37,660 nt of DNA from a virus (lineage: Duplodnaviria; Caudoviricetes). The notes under the pieces are model-generated. The model had not been told where the DNA came from and ran no database searches. It saw nothing but the letters and a program-made list of their open reading frames with translations. Numbering within the stretch: position 1 is the first letter of the stretch; each line of letters begins with the position of its first letter. The stretch covers positions 1 to 37,660 of the IMG/VR virus record IMGVR_UViG_3300029821_000014; one strand, written 5' to 3'. Made by a program: the position numbers and the translations under genes. This document shows positions 8,553-16,500 of the stretch, piece after piece.

Positions 8553-8697
8553 AAAATCTTACATAACCCCTAAATCTGTCAATTTTTTTGAAACACTTTA
8601 TTTCTTTAAATCGTTCGCACTATCATGCGGTCAACTCCGTTTTTTTAGTTCTTTGCTTTTCAAAATAATTTACCGTAAAGTTAAATCCCGTTAATTT
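8553..8697. other. Bipartite res-like recombination site, copy B
   Basis: Palindromes starting at 8556 and 8668; 30/35 and 33/36 identity to the subsites of copy A. Confidence 0.65.
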
Positions 8698-8753
8698 CGT
8701 TATTTTTCATAATTGTTTGTGCTATAATGAAAATAAAAACTGGGGGTTTGTAA

Positions 8754-9326
8754 ATGGAATCAACATTAATAGTCATCGCTTTAATTTCAGGTGGTTTTCC
8801 AACAATTGGATTAATTGTAACTACCATTGTCAATGCGAAAAATAGGGTTAAGGACATTCAGACAACAACTAAATTAGAACTATATAAAGAAAATATGATT
8901 AAACGTCAAAATGCATATCAGTCTATTGTGAGTACTGCAAGGGATCTTGGTACTAGATTTACAACTTGTATATATGTGTTCTCAAGAAGCATAAAGAATG
9001 AATCTTTGCATCATGATGGACTTGATTATGAAGATAAAAATGATTTTTTCTATAGATACTTCTTGTGCTTTTTCAATGACTATAAAAACATTGAAAAAAA
9101 TAACATAATTTACTCAAGTAATAAAGCAAACATTTTATTAAAAGAGCTAACACAATCAATATTTAACTTAGGATCTGCACTTGCAAATATTGGTAATGGT
9201 GGATTTATAATTAGAGCAGACTCTAGGAAAACGCTTGAAGGATATAGGGAATCATTTGATAATGCATTCGATAAATATCTTAGTAATGTATTTGACGAAA
9301 ATGAATCACTTATTGTAAAAATTTAG
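8754..9326 (+). CDS. Membrane-anchored moron protein
   Basis: Opposite strand to the operon. Extended -10 TGcTATAAT near 8720-8728, GGGGG RBS, N-terminal TM helix. Confidence 0.7.
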   Translation: MESTLIVIALISGGFPTIGLIVTTIVNAKNRVKDIQTTTKLELYKENMIKRQNAYQSIVSTARDLGTRFTTCIYVFSRSIKNESLHHDGLDYEDKNDFFYRYFLCFFNDYKNIEKNNIIYSSNKANILLKELTQSIFNLGSALANIGNGGFIIRADSRKTLEGYRESFDNAFDKYLSNVFDENESLIVKI

Positions 9327-9486
9327 GATGATTCAAAACTATAAGACAAAGCGTTGTTGATGTTGCTGCATTAACTAGTGCTGTAACAATTAGTGAGGTA
9401 TTAAATAAACCTACTAGTATGAATGGCATAATCATTGGATATAGCATTAATGCAATATAAATATATACTCGTTTTCTTTTACTCAT
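9310..9486 (-). CDS. Small two-TM membrane protein
   Basis: MSKRKR followed by two hydrophobic segments; start reassigned to ATG 9486. Confidence 0.4.
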   Translation of the reverse strand: MSKRKRVYIYIALMLYPMIMPFILVGLFNTSLIVTALVNAATSTTLCLIVLNHPKFLQ

Positions 9487-9531
9487 TTTGTTAATTTCTC
9501 TCTTTCTTAAACCCACATTAGGAGGTTTAGT

Positions 9532-10074
9532 ATGGACACATATTTAAGTATTGCTAATTTGCTTTTAACTGCAGGGATTGCATTTTCACAAGTTTTATTA
9601 TTTAAAAAGATTAAAGATTACGAAGTATTATCTGGTGCTAAGCTTGAAGCAAGCAAAGAACTTTTTAAAAGACAACTAGATTCTTTGGACAAAGTGATGG
9701 AATATACCAATAAAATAGAATTTTATAGACTTTCAATTTATAGAGATGAAGTAGGTGAAGATATTGACGAGTATATAAAAAACCTAAGAATAACGTGCAA
9801 TAATCTTAACGATTTATTTGTTAATAAAATGCACTACTTTAATTCAGTAATGATAGGTGCCCTAAACAGGTTGATGGATAATTCAGAACGTTTGTTGGAT
9901 ATGTTAGATAATAAATCATATCTAAATAATTATGAAAGCTATAAATCCCTTAACCATGAATTATTAAAAGCTAAGACCAAAATATTCTTTGAAATTCATA
10001 GTTCTCTATCAAGTATCAATGTCTTATATAGTAATGAAGAATATGTGCGTTTTGTAAATAATGTGAATGAATAG
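9532..10074 (+). CDS. Membrane-anchored moron protein
   Basis: AGGAGG RBS, N-terminal TM helix followed by a helical domain. Confidence 0.7.
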   Translation: MDTYLSIANLLLTAGIAFSQVLLFKKIKDYEVLSGAKLEASKELFKRQLDSLDKVMEYTNKIEFYRLSIYRDEVGEDIDEYIKNLRITCNNLNDLFVNKMHYFNSVMIGALNRLMDNSERLLDMLDNKSYLNNYESYKSLNHELLKAKTKIFFEIHSSLSSINVLYSNEEYVRFVNNVNE

Positions 10075-10091
10075 CAGTTTTTTTTGAATAT

Positions 10092-10745
10092 TTATTTCTT
10101 ATGTACTCCACCAAGGTATGTAGCTGCTCTTTCTTTTTCCGCATCCACACTATCCCACATGACATATAATTGAGTTGTTGGAATATCATTATGGTTGTAC
10201 ATCTTGGATAATGTTTGCCATGATCCACCATTGAGAATATATTGGTGACCAAATGTCTTTCGTAAACTATGCAGTCCGAATGTATAGGCAATGCCTATCG
10301 CTTGGGCTGTTTTGCTTACAATTGAGTGTCCTTGCTGCCTTGTGATTGGTAAATAATAGTCAAGTCCATCCTGCTTTGTTTTTTGACCCATGAACATGTA
10401 GTCATACTCAGTAAGACTATTTCTTTTAACATAGTCGATTATATCCTGGTGTAAATCTTTATTCATCCGAAAGTTCTGCATCTTACCAGTTTTATTTTCC
10501 TTTATAGACACATAACCTTTGCTAACATCCTTTACTCTTAACTGCAGCAAATCTTCAGCTCTGAACGCTGTATTGAATCCAACTAAGCAAACCATCCAAT
10601 TACGATCAGCTTGATACTTCTTAACAGGTGTTTTTGCTTGTTCTCTTTTTTTTAACAAGTAGTACATAAATCTTTCTATTTCCTTTGGATCCTTGATAGG
10701 TAGCGTTTGCTGCTGTCCACCGAAAGTCTTAACTCGTCTGGCCAT
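10092..10745 (-). CDS. Small tyrosine recombinase (resolvase-like)
   Basis: Catalytic set R (AFRAEDLL), K (ENKTGK), HSLR, H (YNH), Y (TQLY). 217 aa, no arm-binding domain. Confidence 0.9.
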   Translation of the reverse strand: MARRVKTFGGQQQTLPIKDPKEIERFMYYLLKKREQAKTPVKKYQADRNWMVCLVGFNTAFRAEDLLQLRVKDVSKGYVSIKENKTGKMQNFRMNKDLHQDIIDYVKRNSLTEYDYMFMGQKTKQDGLDYYLPITRQQGHSIVSKTAQAIGIAYTFGLHSLRKTFGHQYILNGGSWQTLSKMYNHNDIPTTQLYVMWDSVDAEKERAATYLGGVHKK

Positions 10746-10989
10746 GAGTTCTCAACCTTTCAGCAAAGTCAATTGCTTTATCAATATCTCCTAGGCATTT
10801 CTTATCAAAGATAGTATCTCGGTTTGGTGCAAACACATTTCTTCTCCAGGGAGCATGATAATAAATCTTCCCTAATCTATCTCCATCTTTGTTATCTACA
10901 TAGATGGTTGATGTTTTCTTCGCACCTAAAGGTTCAACTACTCTGAAGGTTAGAAACCTACTATTGATTGTTTTGTTTATATCTGGCAT
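10729..10989 (-). CDS. Hypothetical protein
   Basis: ORF in the early operon with RBS. Confidence 0.6.
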   Translation of the reverse strand: MPDINKTINSRFLTFRVVEPLGAKKTSTIYVDNKDGDRLGKIYYHAPWRRNVFAPNRDTIFDKKCLGDIDKAIDFAERLRTHGQTS

Positions 10990-11062
10990 AACTTCAAATC
11001 CCTTCTATTTTGAGTTTTAAACAATTTGAATATTATTTATGACTATTGATAGCGTTATTTGG

Positions 11063-11344
11063 TTAGAAGTCCATTTCACGCAAATATAAGACAATTGAAT
11101 TGATATCCTGAGGAAACGCACTAAATACAATATCGCCACCGTGCATGATGTAGTTTCTCATTGCAAGTATCTGATAAGGATGTTTCATAGGATTATTAAA
11201 TGTTCTGACTTCTATCTTTGCAAATGGTGTTCCCTTAAGAACACTTATCCGAATTGCATTTTCTTCAGATACAACTTCCCAATTCCCCTGGTTCTCAACA
11301 AAGAGTCTTCTCTCATCATTGTTTCTTAATTTCTTTTTGGCCAT
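11063..11344 (-). CDS. Hypothetical protein
   Basis: AGGAGG RBS. Confidence 0.6.
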   Translation of the reverse strand: MAKKKLRNNDERRLFVENQGNWEVVSEENAIRISVLKGTPFAKIEVRTFNNPMKHPYQILAMRNYIMHGGDIVFSAFPQDINSIVLYLREMDF

Positions 11345-11574
11345 TGGCTTTCCTCCTCATCACGCATGATTGGTAATGAATCAAATTTGCTGGAGCATAG
11401 AATGAGTTCAATGACGATTAGCATGATAGCAATACCACTGATAATCAATAACTGAAGCTTGATTGCTGCATCTGGAACATCATCAAGACCTAATGAATAG
11501 AATATGAGAAATCCAAGCATCAGGATTAGAATGAGGATAAGTTCAATGAGAAATTGAATCCATTTAGGTTTCAT
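11326..11574 (-). CDS. Two-TM membrane protein
   Basis: Two strongly hydrophobic helices; ATGA overlap with the upstream gene. Confidence 0.65.
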   Translation of the reverse strand: MKPKWIQFLIELILILILMLGFLIFYSLGLDDVPDAAIKLQLLIISGIAIMLIVIELILCSSKFDSLPIMRDEEESQWPKRN

Positions 11575-12347
11575 TTCAAATCTTCATCCAGGTATGCAAC
11601 CAAATGGATGTCCTTCTCTTCTAACTGAATTCCATACTCACTGATAGCACAAATCGCATAGTTCTTAAGAGCTTCAATGTACGCTGTTCTTGCATCATCC
11701 AACTTTTTAAGCATTTGCTGTCTATATGGAATGGATTCTTGTATTACTTTATCGACATACTCTTTTGAAGTTGATCGTGGATCTTCTTCATACATGTCCT
11801 CATAATCATCGATAACACCTTGTGTTATACCTGGATCTGGATAATCATGAACAGCCATTTCATTTGGGTTAGTTACTTTGATTTCCTTTGGACTCACTTT
11901 TTTTTGTTCATAAAATAGATGGTACTTAGCATTGGTCTTGCTTAACTTCTTTTCATCAGTCATAGCTAAGATGTTTCTTATAGCTGATACACTTAAGTCC
12001 AAATCTAATGCAGCATCCTTAGCTGAGTCATAAACTTTCATTGTTTTTTTCAACGTACTATCCATCAATAATATCTTCTTAGGTTTTGGACCCTTATTAA
12101 CTGTTTCTTTCATAATTGATTTTTTCTCCTTGAATAGGTATTTTTTTCTTCCTAACGATTTAGAGTTAGGATCATAAGTGTTATCCATGAACGCATTCCA
12201 AATAGTGTCTAAAGTGTCTTCTTTTACAAGTTTTCTTCCTTTGTCATAGAATTCTCTCTTAACATCAGCTCTTGGTATCGTTCCTTTTTTAAGTGTTTCA
12301 AAGTAATTGTTAGCGAATGCTTTAATTGTTATTCTGTAGTCTTTCAT
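11571..12347 (-). CDS. Hypothetical protein with NUMOD1-like DNA-binding segment
   Basis: KVYDSAKDAALDLDLSVSAIRNIL resembles the NUMOD1 HTH. Confidence 0.55.
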   Translation of the reverse strand: MKDYRITIKAFANNYFETLKKGTIPRADVKREFYDKGRKLVKEDTLDTIWNAFMDNTYDPNSKSLGRKKYLFKEKKSIMKETVNKGPKPKKILLMDSTLKKTMKVYDSAKDAALDLDLSVSAIRNILAMTDEKKLSKTNAKYHLFYEQKKVSPKEIKVTNPNEMAVHDYPDPGITQGVIDDYEDMYEEDPRSTSKEYVDKVIQESIPYRQQMLKKLDDARTAYIEALKNYAICAISEYGIQLEEKDIHLVAYLDEDLK

Positions 12348-12355
12348 AATCTCAC

Positions 12356-12769
12356 CTACTCACTTTGAGTTGGTTGATTTGCCAGTTTGATGCATGTTTC
12401 ACATGAATGAGATTCATCTTCATTTTTTCTTAACATAATAGGATCATGCCAGGTTAAACATCCTGAGCATTGAACAAAGCTAGCTGGAACCAGAACTTGC
12501 ATCGCTGTAAGAAGATTTAAATCTTCATTGATAGCTACATCAATCCTCTTAAAGAGAGATTCTGGTTTCTTTCCGACAAATGAGGTTATGAATATTTTCT
12601 TTCTCTTGAGTGAAATTGAAATACTTTTGAAATGTTTAGAACCTTCTTTTAATCTATACGTAGCAATCACTCCAAATTCATCAATCTTTATGTCATTCGT
12701 GTGAAACCGATCTTTAATGTTATCTATTTCACTTTGAGTAAAGATCTCATTGGTTAATTTAACTTTCAT
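12356..12769 (-). CDS. Hypothetical protein with C-terminal zinc finger
   Basis: CSGC...CETC. Confidence 0.6.
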   Translation of the reverse strand: MKVKLTNEIFTQSEIDNIKDRFHTNDIKIDEFGVIATYRLKEGSKHFKSISISLKRKKIFITSFVGKKPESLFKRIDVAINEDLNLLTAMQVLVPASFVQCSGCLTWHDPIMLRKNEDESHSCETCIKLANQPTQSE

Positions 12770-12783
12770 ATTTGCACCTTGTC

Positions 12784-13281
12784 CTATTCTTTATTTTGAT
12801 GTATAATTATTTTGGTTTCTTCCTTGCTCTGGATTTGACCATTGAACGCATTCGCCCCTCCAGGTTGAGCGTTCTTTTCTTTTTCCTTGAAATATATGTC
12901 AATATATCCAAGTCTTAATGCGAAATCTCTAACACGTCTCATGAACCAATCATTCATGTCTCGATAACCTGCTCTTCGAAAGTTTTCTTTGCACATAAGC
13001 TTCTTTAACTTTCGAGGCAATCTGACATGAACATGGAAATGAGGATAGTCTTCAGGAACATTGAACCGGTTGTTTAGACTCTTTAATAGCTGCAGTTCTT
13101 TTCGTTCATACAACTCTAATCTGTTCTTCCCAAGTGATTCTTCTAAAGCTAGCATTACTTGTGGTGTTGGAAGAACCTCATAGTTTTCAATTAGGGATAG
13201 AATCATCGGACTGATTTGGACCTTCTCAGCTAGATCAGTTTGACGATATCCTTTTTTTCTTCTTATGATTCGTATGTTCAT
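12784..13281 (-). CDS. XRE-family HTH protein
   Basis: IRRKKGYRQTDLAEKVQISPMILSLIEN. Confidence 0.8.
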   Translation of the reverse strand: MNIRIIRRKKGYRQTDLAEKVQISPMILSLIENYEVLPTPQVMLALEESLGKNRLELYERKELQLLKSLNNRFNVPEDYPHFHVHVRLPRKLKKLMCKENFRRAGYRDMNDWFMRRVRDFALRLGYIDIYFKEKEKNAQPGGANAFNGQIQSKEETKIIIHQNKE

Positions 13282-13619
13282 GCTTGCTGACCTTTTTGAC
13301 TTAAAAATCTTTCCATGTTATTCAACTTACTGAAATCTAGATTGTTAACTTTGCACCATTCTTTATATGAAGGAACAACTCCTGGATCTAATGACCAATC
13401 GATTTTTTTAATTGCTTCTTCTGATAAACCGATTTTTCTAAGTCTTATTGTTATACCTTCAATGATTGCTTTTTGTTCATTTTGCTTGCATCTCTCAGTA
13501 GTTTCGTTTGACTTGATTAGTCCATAAAATAAAGTTGTCTCTGTTAGTGCAGACTTAGCTTCACTAATAACATCAACAACTTTTTCACTTTCAATAGATA
13601 ATTTATTTTTCTTTTTCAT
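13278..13619 (-). CDS. Hypothetical protein
   Basis: AAGGAG RBS; ATGA overlap with the downstream gene. Confidence 0.6.
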   Translation of the reverse strand: MKKKNKLSIESEKVVDVISEAKSALTETTLFYGLIKSNETTERCKQNEQKAIIEGITIRLRKIGLSEEAIKKIDWSLDPGVVPSYKEWCKVNNLDFSKLNNMERFLSQKGQQA

Positions 13620-13749
13620 CGTTTTTCTCCTTGCTCTGGATTATTTGATTTTCTTTCCATGCTGCATATTCTTCAGGATGCTTTATTTTGTAGTCAACTG
13701 CCGCAGCAGCTAATTGATACATAGAAGATTTGCTGATTTTTATTTTCAT
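13603..13749 (-). CDS. Small hypothetical protein (48 aa)
   Basis: Manual translation MKIKISKSSMYQLAAAAVDYKIKHPEEYAAWKENQ...; GAGG RBS. Not in the ORF track. Confidence 0.55.
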   Translation of the reverse strand: MKIKISKSSMYQLAAAAVDYKIKHPEEYAAWKENQIIQSKEKNDEKEK

Positions 13750-13781
13750 TTCTTTAACCTCATCATAAAAATCTCATAGAT

Positions 13782-14000
13782 CTAGTCTGCTTTCTTGAAT
13801 AGATAACTAATATCTTTGTTTAGATAATCCGATATTGCGTTAATTTCTTCAAGTGTCCATGATGCTACTCCACTCATTTTCCTGCGAACCGTATTTGAAT
13901 GCACTCCAATTTTTTCAGCTAAGGATGCAATCGTGATACCATGTGTAGACATTGTATATCTTAGATTTGGATACAATAATGTCGATGGCTTGTTTTCCAT
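13782..14000 (-). CDS. Cro-like repressor
   Basis: 72-aa HTH (TIASLAEKIGVHSNTVRRKM), divergent from cI. Confidence 0.85.
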   Translation of the reverse strand: MENKPSTLLYPNLRYTMSTHGITIASLAEKIGVHSNTVRRKMSGVASWTLEEINAISDYLNKDISYLFKKAD

Positions 14001-14023
14001 TACTTCACCTCTTTTCGTTAAAA

Positions 14024-14140
14024 TGGTACACTTTGACCACTTTGTATGTTTCTATAATAGCACATTATGACCACATGTCAATACGTAAATGGTCTTTTTG
14101 TATTATTTATGGTATTTTTTGACAACTATTGTGATAAAAT
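14024..14140. promoter_or_regulatory. Lysis-lysogeny switch: four operators and divergent promoters
   Basis: 16-bp TGGT-N8-ACCA-like sites at 14024, 14058, 14090 and 14110. Minus-strand TTGACA-N16-TATTAT (14081-14054). Plus-strand TGaTAAAAT (14132-14140). Confidence 0.7.
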
Positions 14141-14162
14141 ATGAGTATAAGGATGTGATCTG

Positions 14163-14506
14163 ATGGACTTTTATGATAGAGTAAATTTAAAACTTAAACA
14201 AAAAAGGCAACAAGAAAAGAACTTGCTGAATCTATAGGAATTTCATACGACACCATTAACGGTTTGTTCAAACGTAGATCTTACCGTATAAAATTAGAAC
14301 TGGTTCAGAAAATAGCTGATTTTTTAGGAACTACAACAGACTACTTAGCAAAAGGATCTGAATCTACTGAAGAAAACTCTTCTTTTGTTGAACTTGAACG
14401 AGTATATACAATTCTGCCAGTAAAGCAACAACATGAGTTAATGAACTTTGCTTATTATCTTCTAGACAAAATTGAAGATGAAAAATCTGGAGGATTCAAA
14501 AAATGA
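14163..14506 (+). pseudogene. CI-like repressor with frameshift in an A6 tract (14200-14205)
   Basis: The ATG 14163 frame stops at 14237. Adding one A gives MDFYDRVNLKLKQKKATRKELAESIGISYDTINGLFKRR...KIADFLGTTTDYL, a 114-aa XRE HTH protein. Confidence 0.8.
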
Positions 14507-16029
14507 ACAAGTCTGTATTATATATTAGATACAGCGACGAGAAGCAAAATGAACAGTCTGTTGATGGCCAAATTAGAGTTTGTAAAGAATATGCCAAAAA
14601 AAACAACCTTGAAGTTGTTGGAATCTACATAGATAGAGCGCTTACTGGAAAAAACGATAATCGTCCTGAGTTTATGAGAATGATTAGAGATAGTTATAAG
14701 AAAAGATTCAATTACCTAATTGTTTATAGATTAGATAGATTTGCAAGGAATAAATTTGATTCAGCTATTCATAACCATACTCTCAAAAAAAATGGTGTTA
14801 GACGTCTATCAGCTATGGAGAACATCACAGATGGACCTGAAGGTGTGCTTATGGAATCACTTCTAGAAGGTATGGCTGAATATTATAGCCTTGAACTTGC
14901 TATTAAAGTTAAACGTGGTATCTATGATAATCTTGATAAAGGAAATGGAATTGGTGGAACAACTCCACTCGGTTATGACCTTGTAGATAAAAAATATGTA
15001 ATTAATGACTATGAAGCGCATATTGTAAGATTAATCTTTGATCTCTATCTAAGAGATAAAAACTCCATAAAGGTTGTACAAGAGCTTAAAACTAGAGATT
15101 TGAAGGATAAAGAAGGTAGAACATTAAACGTAAACCGAGTTCTACGAGCTTTAAATAATGAAAAATACTCTGGTGTATACACAAAGGATTCTGTTTCATA
15201 TACTAATATTTACCCCCAAATTGTAGACTCAACAACTTATGAGTCAGTTAAATCTATTTTACATAAAAATAAGCGATCTCCTGGTTCAAATCGTACAAAT
15301 GTTAATTATCTTCTCACAGGAAAACTATTTTGTGAGAAATGTGGCCAGTTAATGATTGCAGATTCAGCAAATAAACCTAATAAAACTTATCATTACTATT
15401 CTTGTAATAAAAATAGGAAACATAATTGCCCTGTCCGTCCTGTCTCTAAAGACTACATTGAAAAAAAAGTCGCTGAATTGTTAGTAAGTAAAGTCCTAAC
15501 AAGAGATGTTTTAGTACCAATAATAGATGAATCCATAGTAATTTATAATAAGGAAAACAAAGATGATACTATTATTAGGCATCTTATAAAAGAAAAAAAG
15601 AGAGTCGAAAATGAACTCTCTAATTCGATACTTGCTATCAAGAATGGTTTTGTTTCTGATACTCTACAAAAAGAAATTATTTCATTAGAAGTGTTTTTGA
15701 AAAGCATTGAAATTCAGATTGCAAAAGAACAGATTAAGCAACCAATAGCTTTAACTCGTGATGACATGCTTTTTATGTTTGATACTTTTATAAGTGATAA
15801 AGATAATGAGAATCACATAGAAAAGGTAATAGATACGTTCGTTGATAAAGTTATCTATACTGAAAAAGGAGTTACAATCACTATCAACTCCCATCAAAAT
15901 AACACATATAAGCTTGATTTCGATGATATCAATAGTTCGATTGTGTCCTCGCTACGGGCACCATCTAAAAACAAATCGAACTTCGTATTCTATAAAGGAT
16001 ATTATATATTCTATTTCAATCTTGAATAA
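14503..16029 (+). CDS. Large serine recombinase (integrase)
   Basis: YIRYS catalytic Ser, LDRFAR, recombinase domain, zinc ribbon (LLTGKLFCEKCG...YYSC) and coiled coil. Confidence 0.95.
   Translation: MNKSVLYIRYSDEKQNEQSVDGQIRVCKEYAKKNNLEVVGIYIDRALTGKNDNRPEFMRMIRDSYKKRFNYLIVYRLDRFARNKFDSAIHNHTLKKNGVRRLSAMENITDGPEGVLMESLLEGMAEYYSLELAIKVKRGIYDNLDKGNGIGGTTPLGYDLVDKKYVINDYEAHIVRLIFDLYLRDKNSIKVVQELKTRDLKDKEGRTLNVNRVLRALNNEKYSGVYTKDSVSYTNIYPQIVDSTTYESVKSILHKNKRSPGSNRTNVNYLLTGKLFCEKCGQLMIADSANKPNKTYHYYSCNKNRKHNCPVRPVSKDYIEKKVAELLVSKVLTRDVLVPIIDESIVIYNKENKDDTIIRHLIKEKKRVENELSNSILAIKNGFVSDTLQKEIISLEVFLKSIEIQIAKEQIKQPIALTRDDMLFMFDTFISDKDNENHIEKVIDTFVDKVIYTEKGVTITINSHQNNTYKLDFDDINSSIVSSLRAPSKNKSNFVFYKGYYIFYFNLE
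15934..15982. other. Candidate attP within the integrase 3' end
   Basis: Perfect 9-bp inverted repeat AGTTCGATT/AATCGAACT spanning 49 bp. Confidence 0.55.
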
Positions 16030-16050
16030 AAAAACCATCTCTCGATGGTT
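16028..16050 (-). terminator. Intrinsic terminator
   Basis: AACCATC-GAGA-GATGGTT followed by a T run, between convergent genes. Confidence 0.7.
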
Positions 16051-16057
16051 ATGCAGC

Positions 16058-16294
16058 TTACTTAGCTGCTTTTTTTACATTTACCGTAATCTTGATAACT
16101 GTCCACTTTTCTGACTCTTGTTCACCATCACCGTAATCCTCTTCAGTCTCAGTATCAATAACAGTTAAATTATCAAAATCTAGTTTCTTTAAATCTTCTT
16201 CAAACAATTGATTCCCATCAACATCATAGAATTCTACATCATGAACAAGTGGGCCAATATTATCTAGGAACTCCTTTAGATTATTTAATGACAT
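16058..16294 (-). CDS. Small acidic hypothetical protein
   Basis: AAGGAGGTG RBS and its own terminator. Confidence 0.7.
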   Translation of the reverse strand: MSLNNLKEFLDNIGPLVHDVEFYDVDGNQLFEEDLKKLDFDNLTVIDTETEEDYGDGEQESEKWTVIKITVNVKKAAK

Positions 16295-16500
16295 TTCTAC
16301 TCCACCTCCTTTTTCATCATGATATCAAATATCAAAAAACAAACATTGAAAATCTTTGATAAAAAACATTCAAATCAGCACACTTAACATAGTAATGTAT
16401 GATTAAAAAAAATATAGTTTGAATTGTTCAAACATTTTCTCAATGATTTTAATTCTATAGTAGTATATCATAGTATAATAGGACTTAAGAGGTGGGTCAT

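Noticed and set aside
14264-14506. Independent 80-aa protein from TTG 14264
   Set aside because: It starts within the HTH and lacks an RBS; it is the distal part of the frameshifted repressor.
15935-15963. tRNA 3' fragment (GTTCGA...CACCA)
   Set aside because: Spacing is too long for a T-arm plus acceptor stem and there is no cloverleaf; treated as candidate attP instead.
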